A DNA stretch of 64,000 nt from a virus (Duplodnaviria > Heunggongvirae > Uroviricota > Caudoviricetes): IMG/VR virus record IMGVR_UViG_3300044642_000188. One strand, given 5' to 3'. How positions within the stretch are numbered: position 1 is the first letter of the stretch; each line of letters opens with the position of its first letter. Made by a program: the position numbers and the translations under genes. Under the pieces are notes generated by a model. That model saw only the letters and a list, made by a program, of their open reading frames with translations, was not told where the DNA came from and ran no database searches. Positions 9,215 to 18,645 of the stretch are shown one piece after another.

Positions 9215-12200
9215 TTATTTATATTTGGTTAACCAGCCACCATTTTTCATTATTGGATACTCTGTAACGTATTCACCATCAAAGTCATAGTCTTCTCCAG
9301 GGTACATCATCTGTGTATCCCCTGTATCAGATATTCCTAGTACGGGATAATCTACCCCTTCCATTGTTATGTCTGTTCCTGGTATTATAGTTACTTCTCC
9401 TGGATGTGCCCATTGTCCCATTGGGTCTACAATAGCACCATCCTGAGCAATACTGTTAGGTTTGAAATCTAAACCTTCTTGGTAAAATTTCATTTCTCCG
9501 CCATTCTGAAATGTATAACCTTTCTTCTTTAATTTGTTAAAATGATTTATATATTTTAACATTTCTGGATAGCTAACATTTGTTGGTGCATTTTTCATAG
9601 CACCAATAATACCCATTTTAGACCAATTAGTATTTAGTAACTTATTAACCTCTTCATCAGACAACCCTTTTATCTTCTGTTGAACCTCACTAATAATTGG
9701 GTCCATAGGAGGTATGTTTCTATTATCTTTATAAGAAGAGCCTTTTACCTTTGTGTCAATAAACATTTGGGTTGAGCCTGGAAGTTTATAATACTCATCA
9801 TATGTTTTTATAGCAGCATCTATTTTACTTTCTATTGGAGAGTATAAATCACTATGTCTTTTTTCTTGAAGAACTTTTCCATTCTGTGCAGAAGCTTTTG
9901 TCTTCTTAGCATACTTACCATTGCTAGGAGCACTACCAGCTACACGTGCGTACGTGAATCCTACAGCACCTGGTAAGCTACCACCCATTGCATAATTAGG
10001 TGGATTATCTCCACGTTTATTCATGCTTTTTATATATGCCTCCTCACTGGTCATATCAGCCACAGGTAAAGTTAGATCAATCGGTTTTGGATTTAAGTAT
10101 TCATCTATCATAGATGGTAACTCAGTCTTCCATTTTTTTATTTGTTGTCTAGTTTCTTTTCTAGAAAGTTTTTTTGTATTTATTAAATAGTCTTTTGAAA
10201 CTTTTTCTATTTTATTTTCATCCCATGGATTTTTACGATATTCTTTATTAGCAAAGTCTACTTCTCCTTGCATTGCTGCCCATGCTTTATAGAATGGGTT
10301 ATCATTAGCATATGTTGTTATACCACTATTACTACCACCTGGAACAGGTGTTTTTCCCAAAGTGTAGTTTTCAAAATATGCACCACTTACTCTTGGGTCT
10401 ATTTCCTTTTTTACAAAACGTTTAGCTTGTCTAAATGATTTACCTCTAGATTGTTCTGGATGTTGGAACATTTGATATTTAAACATATCAGCTAATACGT
10501 TCCTTCTTTTTGCTTCCATTGAATCATCCTCAGCTTTGAGATTGGTATAACCACCCCCAAATTCTGGATCTATAATAAATCTATCTATGTTCCAATGTCT
10601 CATACCTTGATATGGTACAGACATTGCATTCCTATTATCCGAATCATCTGCTGATGTATGTCTATAGTTAAAAAGAAAATCTATATCATTTGGATTATCT
10701 ACAGCTTCTGTATTCTTTTTAATTTGTTGATTAGTCTTATATGGAGTTACTGTTTTCTTTAAAGAATATCTATGTCCTCCTGGATAATCACTAGGATCAT
10801 GAACTAATACATTTTTCTTAGGTTTTGCAAGTCCTTTTACCACCACATCAGGAAGAGTACCACCAGATTGAAACTGTCCACCCCATGCAGGAGAATAGTT
10901 TCTACCTGTTGTATCATAAGAAAGTCCTACAAAATCAGGACTTACAGATACATCCACTTCATTAGGATTAGGTTTCTTACCATAGTTATCAGTCTTTTGT
11001 TTTAAGACCATTCCTCCTTGCTCAAACTTACTTAGCCACCCACCGTTTCTTTTTTGTTCCTCATTATCATCCATAGCACCAACAGCTCCTACAACAGGGA
11101 TTGCGGCTGGTAATAAACGTAACATCTCACGTTTCTTTTCTTGAGAAACACCCTTTTTAAAAAACCGATTTAGGTCTTGCTCCTTAATCATCAAATCAAG
11201 ATTCTTATCTGTATCAGTTCTTACAGCTTTTAAAGCATCTTCATAACTATGACCACCTTTTACATATGTATCAACTAATCTCTGTCTAGCAGCCATTAAT
11301 TCTGAATGTAACTCATTAGGAGAAGTTGCCCAGTTACTTTTACCCTTTCTTGGTGTAGGCATTACCTCAGCAAATTGTCTACCTATTTCAGTATCAGTGT
11401 TTGGTACATAATATTTATAACGTTCGTCATATTTAGCAAGCATGCTTCCAAAACCAGTATCTCTTTTACCAGCGTCAAGTGCTCCTAATTTTTGCATAGT
11501 GTGTGCACCTTCGTGCACTGCTGTACTAAGTTTTTCTAAAATTGGATAGTTATACGGTCCCATATTTTGAAATGTATAACTAGCTGGAAGATAACTATCA
11601 CGAGAGTAGTTAACTCCCATTGCATCACCTCTGTTTTTAAGTATTCTTGATCTCTCTACATCATCTAAGTGAAGATTGTTTATAACATCATTATATCTAG
11701 TATTTACTATTCTATTAGGAGTGCCATATAATGGATTGGTAACAGAGTAAAAAGGTGAATAGTTTTGTTGAAAACCAGTAGCATATGGAGAACCTTTAGT
11801 AAACATAATATCATCAATCCTACGTTTAACCTCAGGGTTTATTCGACCAGTAGCGTCATATACCCAATCTTTAACAAACTCTTCTGCAGCTAAATTAGCA
11901 GCCATGCCTTCTGCTGTAGCTTTTGCTTTTTCAGATTTTGATATTGGAAACATTTCTGAAAAAGATCTCCCTTTTTCTTTTCCTTTACTAGTGAGAGCCA
12001 GAACTTTTTCTCCTAGTCCAGTAGCAATGCCACCTAAATATGATTGTAAACCAGTATCAATCCTGTCAGAAAGAAGATCAATCTTTTTACGCTTAAAAAA
12101 GTTACGTGCACTAGACATAGAAAAAGGTGCATCTGATTGATTAAATAACTTACTCTCTGTTAAAGCAAAAGGATTTTTTAAAGATGTTTGTTGGGTAAGA

Positions 12201-12937
12201 TAATTACCTGCGGCTTTTGCACCAGGTGCCATTACAACACCTACATCCAAAGCATCTCCAATTAATCCTAGTGTACCAAATGTATTTGCTAGAAATCCAT
12301 TACCCTGACCAATACCATAAGGGTTATTCTCAGGATTCATTGCAGTGGTAAATAATCTTGTAGCTCCCATCATAGGAGTCATTTGTCCTATGTTTTCAGC
12401 AGCTATCTTACCAGCCTCTGGATTATATCCTGTTGGTGTGAAAGAACTTAATGTTTGAGCAAAAGGAGAAGCTCCTTGAGCTTCTTGCATCATAAGCTTT
12501 AATAACTCTTGTTGAGCAATTTCTTTTTCTCTAGATGTTCTATTGTCTTGGCTGAATGTAGCTCTATTTTCATAAGCTTTATCAGCAAGTTCTTCAAGTT
12601 CATTTTTATACTTCTTTTCAACAACGGGTTTATTTTCATTCTCCTTTCGCTGTTGTTCATCTAATATTTCCTCTTGAGATGAAAGTTTAACAGTTGGCTT
12701 TTTTGTTCCAGCTTTAACGTTTGTAGATAAGGTTATTGGTGTATATGGTATATTAGATGAAGTAAGTTCAGGTTTAGGAATAGTTTTACCTTTTTGAGCT
12801 GTATCAAATTTACTTAACCAACCCCCATCGTTCATGGTGTTATCTTTCCCACACATATGGCAAACATACATATCTTTCTTGCTGGAATCTGATTTATTCC
12901 AAGAATGTCCACATGTGCATTTAATACCTTTAGCCAT
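9215..12937 (-). CDS. Large virion or cargo protein (1240 aa). It has an N-terminal Cys4 zinc-ribbon-like motif, a zincin-type HExxH motif, and three GGWL(S/T)K(F/Y) motifs.
   Basis: N-terminus CTCGH..(x12)..CHMCG. HEGAH lies in the context TAVHEGAHTMQK. GGWLSKF appears near residues 37 and 650, and KNGGWLTKYK forms the extreme C-terminus. An internal GFTYARVA motif is identical to the N-terminus of the capsid candidate. Confidence 0.6.
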   Translation of the reverse strand: MAKGIKCTCGHSWNKSDSSKKDMYVCHMCGKDNTMNDGGWLSKFDTAQKGKTIPKPELTSSNIPYTPITLSTNVKAGTKKPTVKLSSQEEILDEQQRKENENKPVVEKKYKNELEELADKAYENRATFSQDNRTSREKEIAQQELLKLMMQEAQGASPFAQTLSSFTPTGYNPEAGKIAAENIGQMTPMMGATRLFTTAMNPENNPYGIGQGNGFLANTFGTLGLIGDALDVGVVMAPGAKAAGNYLTQQTSLKNPFALTESKLFNQSDAPFSMSSARNFFKRKKIDLLSDRIDTGLQSYLGGIATGLGEKVLALTSKGKEKGRSFSEMFPISKSEKAKATAEGMAANLAAEEFVKDWVYDATGRINPEVKRRIDDIMFTKGSPYATGFQQNYSPFYSVTNPLYGTPNRIVNTRYNDVINNLHLDDVERSRILKNRGDAMGVNYSRDSYLPASYTFQNMGPYNYPILEKLSTAVHEGAHTMQKLGALDAGKRDTGFGSMLAKYDERYKYYVPNTDTEIGRQFAEVMPTPRKGKSNWATSPNELHSELMAARQRLVDTYVKGGHSYEDALKAVRTDTDKNLDLMIKEQDLNRFFKKGVSQEKKREMLRLLPAAIPVVGAVGAMDDNEEQKRNGGWLSKFEQGGMVLKQKTDNYGKKPNPNEVDVSVSPDFVGLSYDTTGRNYSPAWGGQFQSGGTLPDVVVKGLAKPKKNVLVHDPSDYPGGHRYSLKKTVTPYKTNQQIKKNTEAVDNPNDIDFLFNYRHTSADDSDNRNAMSVPYQGMRHWNIDRFIIDPEFGGGYTNLKAEDDSMEAKRRNVLADMFKYQMFQHPEQSRGKSFRQAKRFVKKEIDPRVSGAYFENYTLGKTPVPGGSNSGITTYANDNPFYKAWAAMQGEVDFANKEYRKNPWDENKIEKVSKDYLINTKKLSRKETRQQIKKWKTELPSMIDEYLNPKPIDLTLPVADMTSEEAYIKSMNKRGDNPPNYAMGGSLPGAVGFTYARVAGSAPSNGKYAKKTKASAQNGKVLQEKRHSDLYSPIESKIDAAIKTYDEYYKLPGSTQMFIDTKVKGSSYKDNRNIPPMDPIISEVQQKIKGLSDEEVNKLLNTNWSKMGIIGAMKNAPTNVSYPEMLKYINHFNKLKKKGYTFQNGGEMKFYQEGLDFKPNSIAQDGAIVDPMGQWAHPGEVTIIPGTDITMEGVDYPVLGISDTGDTQMMYPGEDYDFDGEYVTEYPIMKNGGWLTKYK

Positions 12938-13803
12938 TATTTGTAAGAGATTTGAGATGGTGTAATAATGAATTGACTTATCAAATGGGCATCTGATCTA
13001 TTATCTAGGACGTGTCTCACCTTTAAATCCTTCGCACGTAGAGGTTCTTTCTTAAATGATCTCTTTCCATAATCCATATTTGGTTGATTTACAACCTTAT
13101 CTATAGACAATGAGTCACAACCTGTTACAAACAAAGGTATGGATTTATCTTTAACTAATGACCAAAATGTATTGTATTGATAAAAATTATCTGATTTAGT
13201 AAACATAATCGTCTTACTCTCAGCGTTATACATAGGATACTTCAAGTATTCCTTTAAGTTGTTGATTGGTTTAGGAACCAACTCTAATACACCAGAAGAC
13301 TGTTGTCCATTGTATAAGATAGCTTTGTTGAAATAAACTGTGTTTGTTTCTATCTTAGAGTTATCATTAAACACACCATCTGGGATAGGGAGGTATCTAT
13401 ATGCCTTTGTGTAATCTTTTACATTCTGTAAGATCTCATCATAATACTGATAAGCAAATGGATACTCTATAATATAAGGTTCTATGTTTCCGTAGAATAT
13501 ATTGTAAATTGTTGTGTTAGTTAAATGTCTCCATAAAGATGGGGTGTTTGTAGGTACAAACTCAATAGCTGCCACATCTGCAACACATAGTTGCTCTATA
13601 GGCATTTGTAATCTTGTCTTACATTTCCCTATAGATTCAATAATAATAACCGTAACAGCATCACTAACCGAATAAGTAACTCCAGAAATAACTTGGCTCT
13701 TAGGAATATTAGTTCCTAAGACATTTCCGTAGTTATCAGAAATCTTAAACGGTCCAGTTCTAATGCCAGCCTTTGTTAATCTTATTGTTATTACTTTAGA
13801 CAT
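12937..13803 (-). CDS. Tail-associated protein (288 aa). Its N-terminal domain is paralogous to that of the 188-aa fibre protein.
   Basis: N-terminus ITIRLTKAGIRTGPFKIS resembles ITLTTAGTSTGPFSLYS of the 22188..22754 product. Its stop overlaps the start of the next gene. Confidence 0.5.
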   Translation of the reverse strand: MSKVITIRLTKAGIRTGPFKISDNYGNVLGTNIPKSQVISGVTYSVSDAVTVIIIESIGKCKTRLQMPIEQLCVADVAAIEFVPTNTPSLWRHLTNTTIYNIFYGNIEPYIIEYPFAYQYYDEILQNVKDYTKAYRYLPIPDGVFNDNSKIETNTVYFNKAILYNGQQSSGVLELVPKPINNLKEYLKYPMYNAESKTIMFTKSDNFYQYNTFWSLVKDKSIPLFVTGCDSLSIDKVVNQPNMDYGKRSFKKEPLRAKDLKVRHVLDNRSDAHLISQFIITPSQISYK

Positions 13804-13815
13804 ATCTTAAATTAA

Positions 13816-16800
13816 TTACGAAGGACATTCTTCTACAGCTGTTCCATCTAATTCACACTCTGGTGCTGGTGGAGCAGTGGTTGTAGTGGTTGTAGTACTA
13901 GTTGACGTACTAGTGGTTGTAGTGGTAGTTGGAGGTACTGTTGTAGTAGTTGTAGTAGTACTACTACTTGTTGTGGTTGTAGTTGTTGGGGGAGCAGTGG
14001 TTGTTGTGCTAGTGGTGCTAGTAGATGTACTAGTTGTAGTACTCGTGCTACTAGATGTTGTTGTGGTAGTGGTAGGTGAGCAATTTTCAACTGCTGTACC
14101 AAATATACAACAAGGATTAATTGCTGTTCCTATCAATGTACAATCTACACATAGATCAACTGCTGTACCTATTATTCTACAATCTTTTGTTGTTGATGTG
14201 GTTGTGGTAGTGGTGCAAGGAATCTGAGAGAAAGTAATAGCCTCTAAATCACATCCACCATTTAATCCAGAATAGAAGAAGTTATTCTCTGCTATGTAGA
14301 AGTTAGGAATGTAGCTATGGAAGCTAATCCAACTCTTAGTGTTCATACTAAATGAAAGAGTCCATGACTTATTACAGAAGTATTCTGAATCATAAACACT
14401 TACCACTGTTCTTATTACACTATTACCTAGAGTTTTCTCTATATAGAATTCTCTATTAGTAGCATCATATTTAATGTTTTTGCTATTAGGAATGTAATCT
14501 AACTTAGATATAATCACCCTGTCATACTTGCTATCAAACACTCCATGTAAACCAATACCATCATAGTGGTTATCTATGTTTACATTAGGATAGTAACGTA
14601 AGATTTCAAACGCTAAATGGTCTGTAAAGAACTTATTAAGTCCTGAACCAAATGCAGATAAGTCAGTAGCCTGTAAACCCTCAATTAAAAACACCTGTCC
14701 TCTCTTAGCATCTATTGTAATCTGTCCCTGAGGAATCTTTAACAACATCTTATTTTGAGCTCCTACATATCCAAGATCTGTTTCAGCAAAGTCAATTGGA
14801 GGAGCACTCTTAAATAATGTATCATTACCCAAATAAGCGGCTTGTGGGTTGCTAGTTTGAACTGTAAGCATTGTATTGTATAACAATGACTTGTTCTCAA
14901 ACCTAGCCAATATAGCCTTGTTCTGAATACCATCTAGTGATACAAGACCACCAAAGTTTTGAGGGAAATCAAAGAACGATGTAGGTTTATAGATCAACCA
15001 ACTGTTCACCTTATTGTCAGCAAATACATCCTGAGGATTTGAGTAAATAGCTCTGAATGGATATTTGGTAAAACAAAGTTGTTCATTCCAATCTGCAGGT
15101 AAGTGAGTGAATACATTTTCTCTATTTTGCTTTGAAAATGTTACATTATAATAATATGTATTATCAAATACAATAGGAACTACAGACTCTTGTAACCAGT
15201 TATCAGGAATACCTGAGCTCACGTGTGGGAAGAAGTCACCTTCTAGATTATTGAATGCTTGACGTAAATCCACATTATATGAACTTTCACAATAGAAAGA
15301 AGGAATACCGTAAGCAAACATATACATCTTACCATCGTAAAATGTTCTGTTAGGATTTACTATCGGAGGATTTGCTGCTGGGTTAGGTGCAGGAGATTGA
15401 TTATTAGGACAATCAAAGTTATGTGCCTTATAAGAAATCATATTCTTTAGCACTGGACCAGCACCATTATTTAAAGAGTAGTCTTGCAACACAGATCTAG
15501 CTGAATGCCAGTATTGTGGATAAGCCACATTACCAATCTCATCATAGAATACGTCACTATCATCAAGACCATTCACTCTGTTATCGATAAAGAACGGAAG
15601 CTTAGTCTTAAATGCAAATCTACTAATAAATGTATCTCCACCAAATACAGTGGATGATTTAGGTGTAGAGAACATTAAACTGTTAGTGTCAATACTTTCT
15701 TGGAAACCTGTATCAATTGTATCGTAAGAATATATCTGACCCCATTGATTATTAAAGATGTTCTTCAATGATCCATAGTAAGAAACTACATTAATTGCTT
15801 CATTCTTACTAGGTACAGAACAATTGTTCTTCTGTGATATAGTGAACCTTGATGTATCAGAGATACCACTTACACCACCAACTAAAAGACTAGGAGTTTG
15901 ATTAGGGAATGGTAGAGGTACCACTGATGAACCATCTCTGGTTTCAATAGTCTTTATGTATATAGATGATTCTCTATTAAAGTTGTTGAAATCATGTAAA
16001 TCACTTACAGACTGTACTCCAGGGAACACATATTGAGAGTTATCTAATTGTCTTTGCTTGATACCTAGATTATTATTAATTGCCCCACTATAGTCATAAC
16101 TAGCTATAGAGTTAAATGAATACCCGTAGTTTCTTCTAGTGATTCCATTTATGTAGATAGTTAGATAGGCTTGGTATGCAGCAAACATTGCTGATGCATT
16201 AAACGTTGGTGTGATAGCACCAATATCTTCACTAGACTCAAGAGCATCACGTTGAGCTTCTGCTGTGAGAAGCTTATACATAGCATTCTTCTTAACCTCT
16301 ACGAAATGAGCTATACCTGCACCAAACATAACGTTCTCAAGCTTTAGAACAGTTCCTAAGAAAGGTTGTCCAAAAGATGTTTCAGGTGAGTTAAATACCA
16401 TTCTGTATTTAGATTCATCTGTAGCAAACGCATCTAGTTTATTAGGATATTTTAAAGATCTTCTAGTTGATAGTTTAGTAATAGTGGCATCTGATGTACC
16501 ACCAATGATTGTTGGAACAGTTGTAGAATTAACAAATTGAACAGCTCCAACATTAACTATTGTAACTACAGTGTTACCTGTTAGTGGATCTTTAGATTCA
16601 AATGTTGTAGTGCTATTACTAGTTAGTCTATAAGTGTCATAAGGAACTATAGTGACTACTGCTGTACCAGAAGTAATGATAGGTGTACTTAGAGAAAATA
16701 TATTAGTTGGAGATGAAACAAGTGTTTCAGTTACTAGTGTATTTGAAAAACAGTCTGTATATTCTACAATAGTAGATCCTGTAGTAGCAAGTTTGTACGT

Positions 16801-18645
16801 GATACATTCATCACAATAACCATTATTATTATCAAGAAGGAACTCATCCTTATTAAGATCATTATATGGATAGTTAGGGAAGTAGAATTCTGTTTCTTCT
16901 CTCTTATACTTACCTACGTTTCTAAGAATACCTTTACCTACAATAGATCTATTTGTACTTCTGTCCCCTCTTACAATCTTAAATCCTGCAACGCTTTCTT
17001 TTTGTGCCTGTGTAAGATTAGATGCATACACCAAGTATGCAACTTGTTGAACATCAATCTGTACACCTATTGGGAATATAGCATCATTCTGCATCACTGG
17101 TGCAAATCCTGCCCCTAGTGTGTATGTAGGACTTTCATATATAGGGCTTACAAGAACATCAGGAAACTTGTGATGTCTAATAGGTTGACCAGCAAGATCA
17201 CCCCATACATCTATATTACATGGATAGGTATCAGTTGATTCCCAGTAAGCAAACTCACCATATTGATAAGGTCCTTTATATGATTGACTTGTTGAATATC
17301 CAGGAGAAAATCCTGTTACAGAACCTGTGTTGTAAATCTTCCAATAAGGTGCACTTGTGCCCTCTCCAATAAAGTCAGGATTACTGCTTGGTACATCTGG
17401 TTGAGAACCTTCGTTAGCAGTAATCATTCTACCAGGAATATGGAAACCATCTGTTTGTTTACCATTACTTAATAAGAAAACTATTTCAAATGCATACACC
17501 TCATCTCTTAGATAACCTCTAAGATTTGTAGCGTTTAGTTCATCAGCATAGTTTTCTGTACTAGGGATTCTATAAGTTTCCCATTTAAGATCAATTTGAC
17601 TAGCAATTGATTGATAGTTAATTCTATCTATAGAGGTAAGATTATCCCAGATAAGAATATCTTGGGCAGTGGTTAAGTCTTGAGCTACCTCATAATATGG
17701 ATATTTCTCAAATATATCAGCAATAGCAAGACGGATTTGTGTAACATTCTGTCCTGTATAAGTTACAGTTCTAGTGTCATCTTCAATAAAATATGTACCA
17801 ACAAGCTCAACAGAAGCTATTGCATTTATTGTCTTTACTACAGCAAGATTGAAATACTGGAATTGTCCAGTGGTATCTAAGTTACTAATACTAACTACAA
17901 TAGACTTACCCACTTGGTAAGAGAACTCTGGTGTAGTAATTTTATTATTAGCAATAGGTGTAGGATTGGTAACAGAGTAGAAAGATGTGTATGGGTTACC
18001 AGCAGCATCACAATACTGAATAGCAAACTGATATGTACCAGAAGTTAGATCACCACCAGTTACAACATCAGTTATATCTAATGCAGGAATGTTAAAATTA
18101 GGCTGAACGTTTAATTGATTACAATCAAGCTCAGTGGTATAAATAGGATCACATAAATCAGCGTTAGGAGCTAACTTGTAGGGAATGTTATTTAAGTCTA
18201 TATATCTTCTAGGATTAAGACCATCTGTCCAATACACTTCTGTAGTGCAATTGGTAATCTTATGAACAGCTTTAAGAATAGGATATTTTATATCAAAGCC
18301 TAAACATTTAGCACTTACGTACACACGATATACGCAATCATTATTATCCATATATCCAATCTGGCTATCTTCTGTTTCAGGATTAGTTAAAAAGAATATA
18401 TGTTTATTTTGCTCACCAATGAAATGAGTTCCTATCAAATGATAGTTTGTAGGAAAGTTTAGACATAACTCATTACCTGGCTCATTCTGATAGTTAACAG
18501 AATCTGAGTCAAAGTTCTCAACACTAGCATTCAATGCATACGTAAGCTTACCCTTCTCAACCTGATTTACAGATTGATCCATGTTTAAGCCAGATATAGC
18601 ACTGTTATACTCCTGCTTAATATTAGTTGTTTCTTCTCCAGCCAT
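13816..18645 (-). CDS. Giant tail protein (1609 aa), fibre, spike or muzzle-like. The C-terminal 150 aa are a poly-Thr/Ser linker framed by Cys-containing GTAV(D/E)xC mini-repeats.
   Basis: Longest ORF in the window. The C-terminus TTTTTTSSSTSTTT...TVPPTTTTTT...APPAPECELDGTAVEECPS carries four C-x-[ILF]-x-GTA[VI]-[DEN]-x-C units. Confidence 0.6.
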   Translation of the reverse strand: MAGEETTNIKQEYNSAISGLNMDQSVNQVEKGKLTYALNASVENFDSDSVNYQNEPGNELCLNFPTNYHLIGTHFIGEQNKHIFFLTNPETEDSQIGYMDNNDCVYRVYVSAKCLGFDIKYPILKAVHKITNCTTEVYWTDGLNPRRYIDLNNIPYKLAPNADLCDPIYTTELDCNQLNVQPNFNIPALDITDVVTGGDLTSGTYQFAIQYCDAAGNPYTSFYSVTNPTPIANNKITTPEFSYQVGKSIVVSISNLDTTGQFQYFNLAVVKTINAIASVELVGTYFIEDDTRTVTYTGQNVTQIRLAIADIFEKYPYYEVAQDLTTAQDILIWDNLTSIDRINYQSIASQIDLKWETYRIPSTENYADELNATNLRGYLRDEVYAFEIVFLLSNGKQTDGFHIPGRMITANEGSQPDVPSSNPDFIGEGTSAPYWKIYNTGSVTGFSPGYSTSQSYKGPYQYGEFAYWESTDTYPCNIDVWGDLAGQPIRHHKFPDVLVSPIYESPTYTLGAGFAPVMQNDAIFPIGVQIDVQQVAYLVYASNLTQAQKESVAGFKIVRGDRSTNRSIVGKGILRNVGKYKREETEFYFPNYPYNDLNKDEFLLDNNNGYCDECITYKLATTGSTIVEYTDCFSNTLVTETLVSSPTNIFSLSTPIITSGTAVVTIVPYDTYRLTSNSTTTFESKDPLTGNTVVTIVNVGAVQFVNSTTVPTIIGGTSDATITKLSTRRSLKYPNKLDAFATDESKYRMVFNSPETSFGQPFLGTVLKLENVMFGAGIAHFVEVKKNAMYKLLTAEAQRDALESSEDIGAITPTFNASAMFAAYQAYLTIYINGITRRNYGYSFNSIASYDYSGAINNNLGIKQRQLDNSQYVFPGVQSVSDLHDFNNFNRESSIYIKTIETRDGSSVVPLPFPNQTPSLLVGGVSGISDTSRFTISQKNNCSVPSKNEAINVVSYYGSLKNIFNNQWGQIYSYDTIDTGFQESIDTNSLMFSTPKSSTVFGGDTFISRFAFKTKLPFFIDNRVNGLDDSDVFYDEIGNVAYPQYWHSARSVLQDYSLNNGAGPVLKNMISYKAHNFDCPNNQSPAPNPAANPPIVNPNRTFYDGKMYMFAYGIPSFYCESSYNVDLRQAFNNLEGDFFPHVSSGIPDNWLQESVVPIVFDNTYYYNVTFSKQNRENVFTHLPADWNEQLCFTKYPFRAIYSNPQDVFADNKVNSWLIYKPTSFFDFPQNFGGLVSLDGIQNKAILARFENKSLLYNTMLTVQTSNPQAAYLGNDTLFKSAPPIDFAETDLGYVGAQNKMLLKIPQGQITIDAKRGQVFLIEGLQATDLSAFGSGLNKFFTDHLAFEILRYYPNVNIDNHYDGIGLHGVFDSKYDRVIISKLDYIPNSKNIKYDATNREFYIEKTLGNSVIRTVVSVYDSEYFCNKSWTLSFSMNTKSWISFHSYIPNFYIAENNFFYSGLNGGCDLEAITFSQIPCTTTTTTSTTKDCRIIGTAVDLCVDCTLIGTAINPCCIFGTAVENCSPTTTTTTSSSTSTTTSTSTSTTSTTTTAPPTTTTTTSSSTTTTTTTVPPTTTTTTSTSTSTTTTTTTAPPAPECELDGTAVEECPS
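13860..14075. repeat. Low-complexity (ACA/ACT/ACC)n-type DNA encoding poly-Thr/Ser. Related copies lie at 22440..22530, 22985..23260 and 25715..25800.
   Basis: Shared strings such as gtagtagtactactagttgacgtactagt and ttgtagttgttggggga.cagt occur in both the 13816 and 22792 genes. They produce spurious ORFs on both strands. Confidence 0.6.

Noticed and set aside
13848-14227. ORFs 13848..14102 (-) and 13877..14227 (+), the latter translating to poly-Val/Leu.
   Set aside because: They are alternative-frame and antisense readings of the (ACN)n repeat DNA that encodes the poly-Thr linker of the 1609-aa protein. The real gene occupies this region in another frame.
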